Below, piece after piece: positions 32,234 to 35,241 of a stretch of DNA of 35,241 nt (the first letter of the stretch is position 1; every line of letters starts with the position of its first letter). Under the pieces are notes generated by a model. The model was not told the DNA's origin, ran no database searches, and was given only the letters and a program-made list of their open reading frames with translations. The translations under genes and the position numbers were made by a program. The stretch comes from Azolla caroliniana (taxonomy: Eukaryota > Plantae > Polypodiophyta): positions 1-35,241 of the forward strand of contig JBHGNT010000319.1 of assembly GCA_043228905.1 (NCBI GenBank). The letters are read 5' to 3'.

Positions 32234-34740
32234 GTATTTTGTAGTACTATATTATTACGAAATGATTTTGACGGATGTGTATATGCATGTGTAAATAAAT
32301 ATACACAATTAAAGAAACCTTACCGTGACTTCAAATCTTTCTAAAGAAATGCAAGTTGTTTTCCACAAGGAATATCATTGTTTGGCTAGCTCAAAGATAT
32401 TGCTAGCTTTACACAACCATGGATACGATAGAATTGACATGTGTTCAATGGCATGTCAATAGGTTCGAGCCCAATAATTTATGGGTGAGGGTGACAAACT
32501 TCTAATAATCTCCTTACAATGTAATATTCAATGTTCATATTGTCATCGTACATAAATTCATTCAATGAAATCATGGAATGAAAAACCATCTGACCTTATA
32601 TGTAAAATTTTCTCTTCTTGATTCTCACGCCATTGAATATTTGTCACAAGCAAACGGTTCTCTAGTGAATGGCATATGAAAAAGATGGTACCATTCTTTT
32701 ATCATAATTCCCTAGATGTGAAGTTTGCAACACACCCAAAAAGCCACAAGTTACAAAGGTCGGATTACTCAAACGCGTCATTGAGTCTATGCTTCATTTA
32801 CACCATGTCTTTTGCTAATCTAGATTCTTAAGTTTCAAACAACTTGAACATAGCACATTTAAGATTATTATTTTTGGTTTAATGACCAAATGGGAATATA
32901 TTAATAGTTGTATTTCAAGGATTTTGTAAACTTGGAGGGCCTTCTAAGAAATGCAACGAAGTAGATATCTGAGGGGCATTTTGACAAAATCATGTTTTTG
33001 TCAATCACCTATCTATCCTATAAAGATAATTCATTGTATTTAGAAGCAGTGGAAACATATACAAAATCTCCTCCATTTTGAAGCATCATATGTATTTTTG
33101 GATATATTTCAACTTGAGTTTGAATGGATTGATTGGATTTGCTTCACATGAAGCAAATCAGTTTGGAAACAATCACAATGTCATGTTAGGCATGCTTGCG
33201 GCTAATAGTGTTTAATTTTCACCATTGGGTTAAAGGTAATATTAGCTTTGGAAAGACGACCCGCATGATAAGATCATCAATCTTTAGTTAATGAACATGG
33301 AAACTAACAATTCCCTCATATATATAGCAATGGCAATTGAGTATCAAATATTTGTTAGGAAACAAGGATTAATGCTCCTATGAGATGTCATGCTTGGGGA
33401 GCTAGGAGCTGACAATAGGAGGGCACACAAGTAACTTGAATGGAGGAAACAAACATCACATCAACAACATGCTACAAGAAAGGACCCATGTGTTTGTGGT
33501 TGCAAGGCAACATGTACATATCACGAGCTAGGGTTAGTTTTTTTCTTTTCTTTTTTGGGCGCATGTGATAGCAAGCATCATCACCTGGGCAATGCATGCA
33601 GAAAGGGAAGGGTTCAGCCTGGAAGGTCAAGATGTTGGTCCAATAGATCTAACCGGTGAGACATGGTCAGAGCAGTTGGGTTATGTGTTAGCTGATGATA
33701 TGGCTGGAGTAGGTGGACAAATTGGGCATGTGTATGTAACAAGTTCGCATTCACAAGTGGAAGGATCGTGCATTCCACTTTTAGATTCCTTCTACAATAA
33801 TGTAAATATAGCCAATGTACAAAAACTAGACACACCACTATCACGTCTTATTCAATCTAGTTAATGTTTTTGATATTTACTTGCCCCATAACCGCCAAGA
33901 GAGATGTGTGTAGTTGTAGAATGAATATTTATAAACTTGGAGTTACTTAGAACAAATGATCTTAAATCGAACATTAACTGAAATGAGAATGTATTTGGAG
34001 AAGTTGGTTGAGTCTTACACAAAAGATGTTTGAAGAACAATTTCTAAGCGGAAGATATGGATAATCAAATGTGATTAATAGTTCCACCTCGTAAAGGATT
34101 CTACATTTGAAACATCTTACTTAAATTTCTTTCATTGTTAGTTAATTTGATATACATTTATAAAAAAGGATAGTTCTCAATGAAACCTAAATATAAAATG
34201 TAGTTATATCTTAACATATGGTACCATATGGTATTAGCATTTGATATTCGAACCATCCTAATGAGTTTTGGGTGCATGCATGTAACTTGATATCTATAGT
34301 TATTGATATTGAATTGGAGGATGTAATCCATGGTGGTTATATCATAAAGTTTAAGTTCCTTGAATATACTTGTGGTTCTAAAACATCGCAAGCTCATCTT
34401 TACCTTCTGCCCTATGTGTGTGACTAACCTTAGGCTAAATTTTATTGGGTAAACTTTGTAGAGACGAACAATCTAATTGTCTAACATTCTAACATTGTAT
34501 GTTCGTATATAATATATGTATGTATGTATGTCTGCATGCTCGTGTCTATTCACACCTAAATCATAAAGAGGCCAGTGAGAGAATCACAACCACAGACGGT
34601 GTTGGGTGCGTAGCCGATAGCATGTGTAGTTTGCATTGTCAGATAAACTTTAAATCTAAAAAAGCGCACAAGTTTTCGATAGCCAGAGACTATAAGCATC
34701 TGTCACTAGTAGCATGACTCTCTAAATGTCGTAGCCTAAC

Positions 34741-34843
34741 CGACACAAGACAAGAGCCCGACTCAAATTAGTATCCCGACTGACTCAAGGCAAGAGCCCG
34801 ACTAAAATCAATATCCCGATTGACTCAGGGTAGGATCCCAACT
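34741..34843. repeat. ~41-bp tandem repeat, about 2.5 copies
   Basis: GAC(A/T)CAAG(A/G)CAAGAGCCCGACT(C/A)AAAT...TATCCCGA(C/T)T occurs twice, followed by a degenerate partial third copy. Confidence 0.75.
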
Positions 34844-35241
34844 TAGAGCCTGATATCAAAAACTTTAAAAACCTTGTAAGTGTAAAAAAAATTGACATCA
34901 AAATCTCTTCATTTTAACTATATACAACTTCCACCATTAAAATTAACACACATGCAAATCTTCTTTCCAATGTAAAACAAAAAGTATGACATCATTCCAA
35001 TCACTGTTTCGTCTAATATTTCACTGAAGCATTAAAATTTCAACCACCAAAACATATTTAAAACTTCAAATTACACAAATTTCTGTCACAAAAAGTTTCT
35101 AAGATCATGAGCTACCTAATGTTGATTTCAAGACCAAAAATCTCTAAAATCAAAGACCAAAAACCTAGAAATGAAAACTGAATCCATCCAAAAGCAAGGA
35201 TTATGGCCATGTGGGGAGGATGGCAAAATGCAACCATAATT

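Noticed and set aside
30500-33900. Possible decayed transposase, and the 99-aa ORF at 33565-33864
   Set aside because: There are many stops and no diagnostic DDE, hATC or RT motif that I can identify. The ORF has a non-ATG start and no recognisable family.
30920-34716. CACTAGTAG motifs at 30920 and 34704 as CACTA element termini
   Set aside because: Both are in the same orientation, with no inverted partner or 3-bp TSD found in the window.

Overview
Eukaryotic land-plant genomic window; the PPR repeat style suggests a fern (inference only). It holds three host genes, all on the minus strand. (1) The 5' part of a P4-ATPase phospholipid flippase (ALA family), running off the left edge. (2) An intronless 810-aa PLS-E class PPR gene with no DYW domain. 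(3) A 12-exon, 1564-aa RNA polymerase II CTD phosphatase of the CPL3 type (FCP1 catalytic domain plus BRCT). An 8000-bp full-length L1/Tx1-like LINE lies between the PPR and CPL3 genes (11801-19800), with a poly(A) tail and a perfect 13-15 bp target-site duplication. Its ORF1 is intact and overlaps the ORF2 start in an ATGA stop-start. Its ORF2 is disabled by three in-frame stops and a 905-bp internal tandem duplication, whose junction reads as two successive microhomology-mediated template jumps. Also present are two related hAT-type MITEs, an older LINE remnant, and several promoter-proximal tandem repeats with palindromic cores. I see no evidence for a wholly new multi-gene system. The most novel-looking items are within the LINE: the duplication junction, the ATGA coupling and an unassigned C-terminal ORF1 domain.
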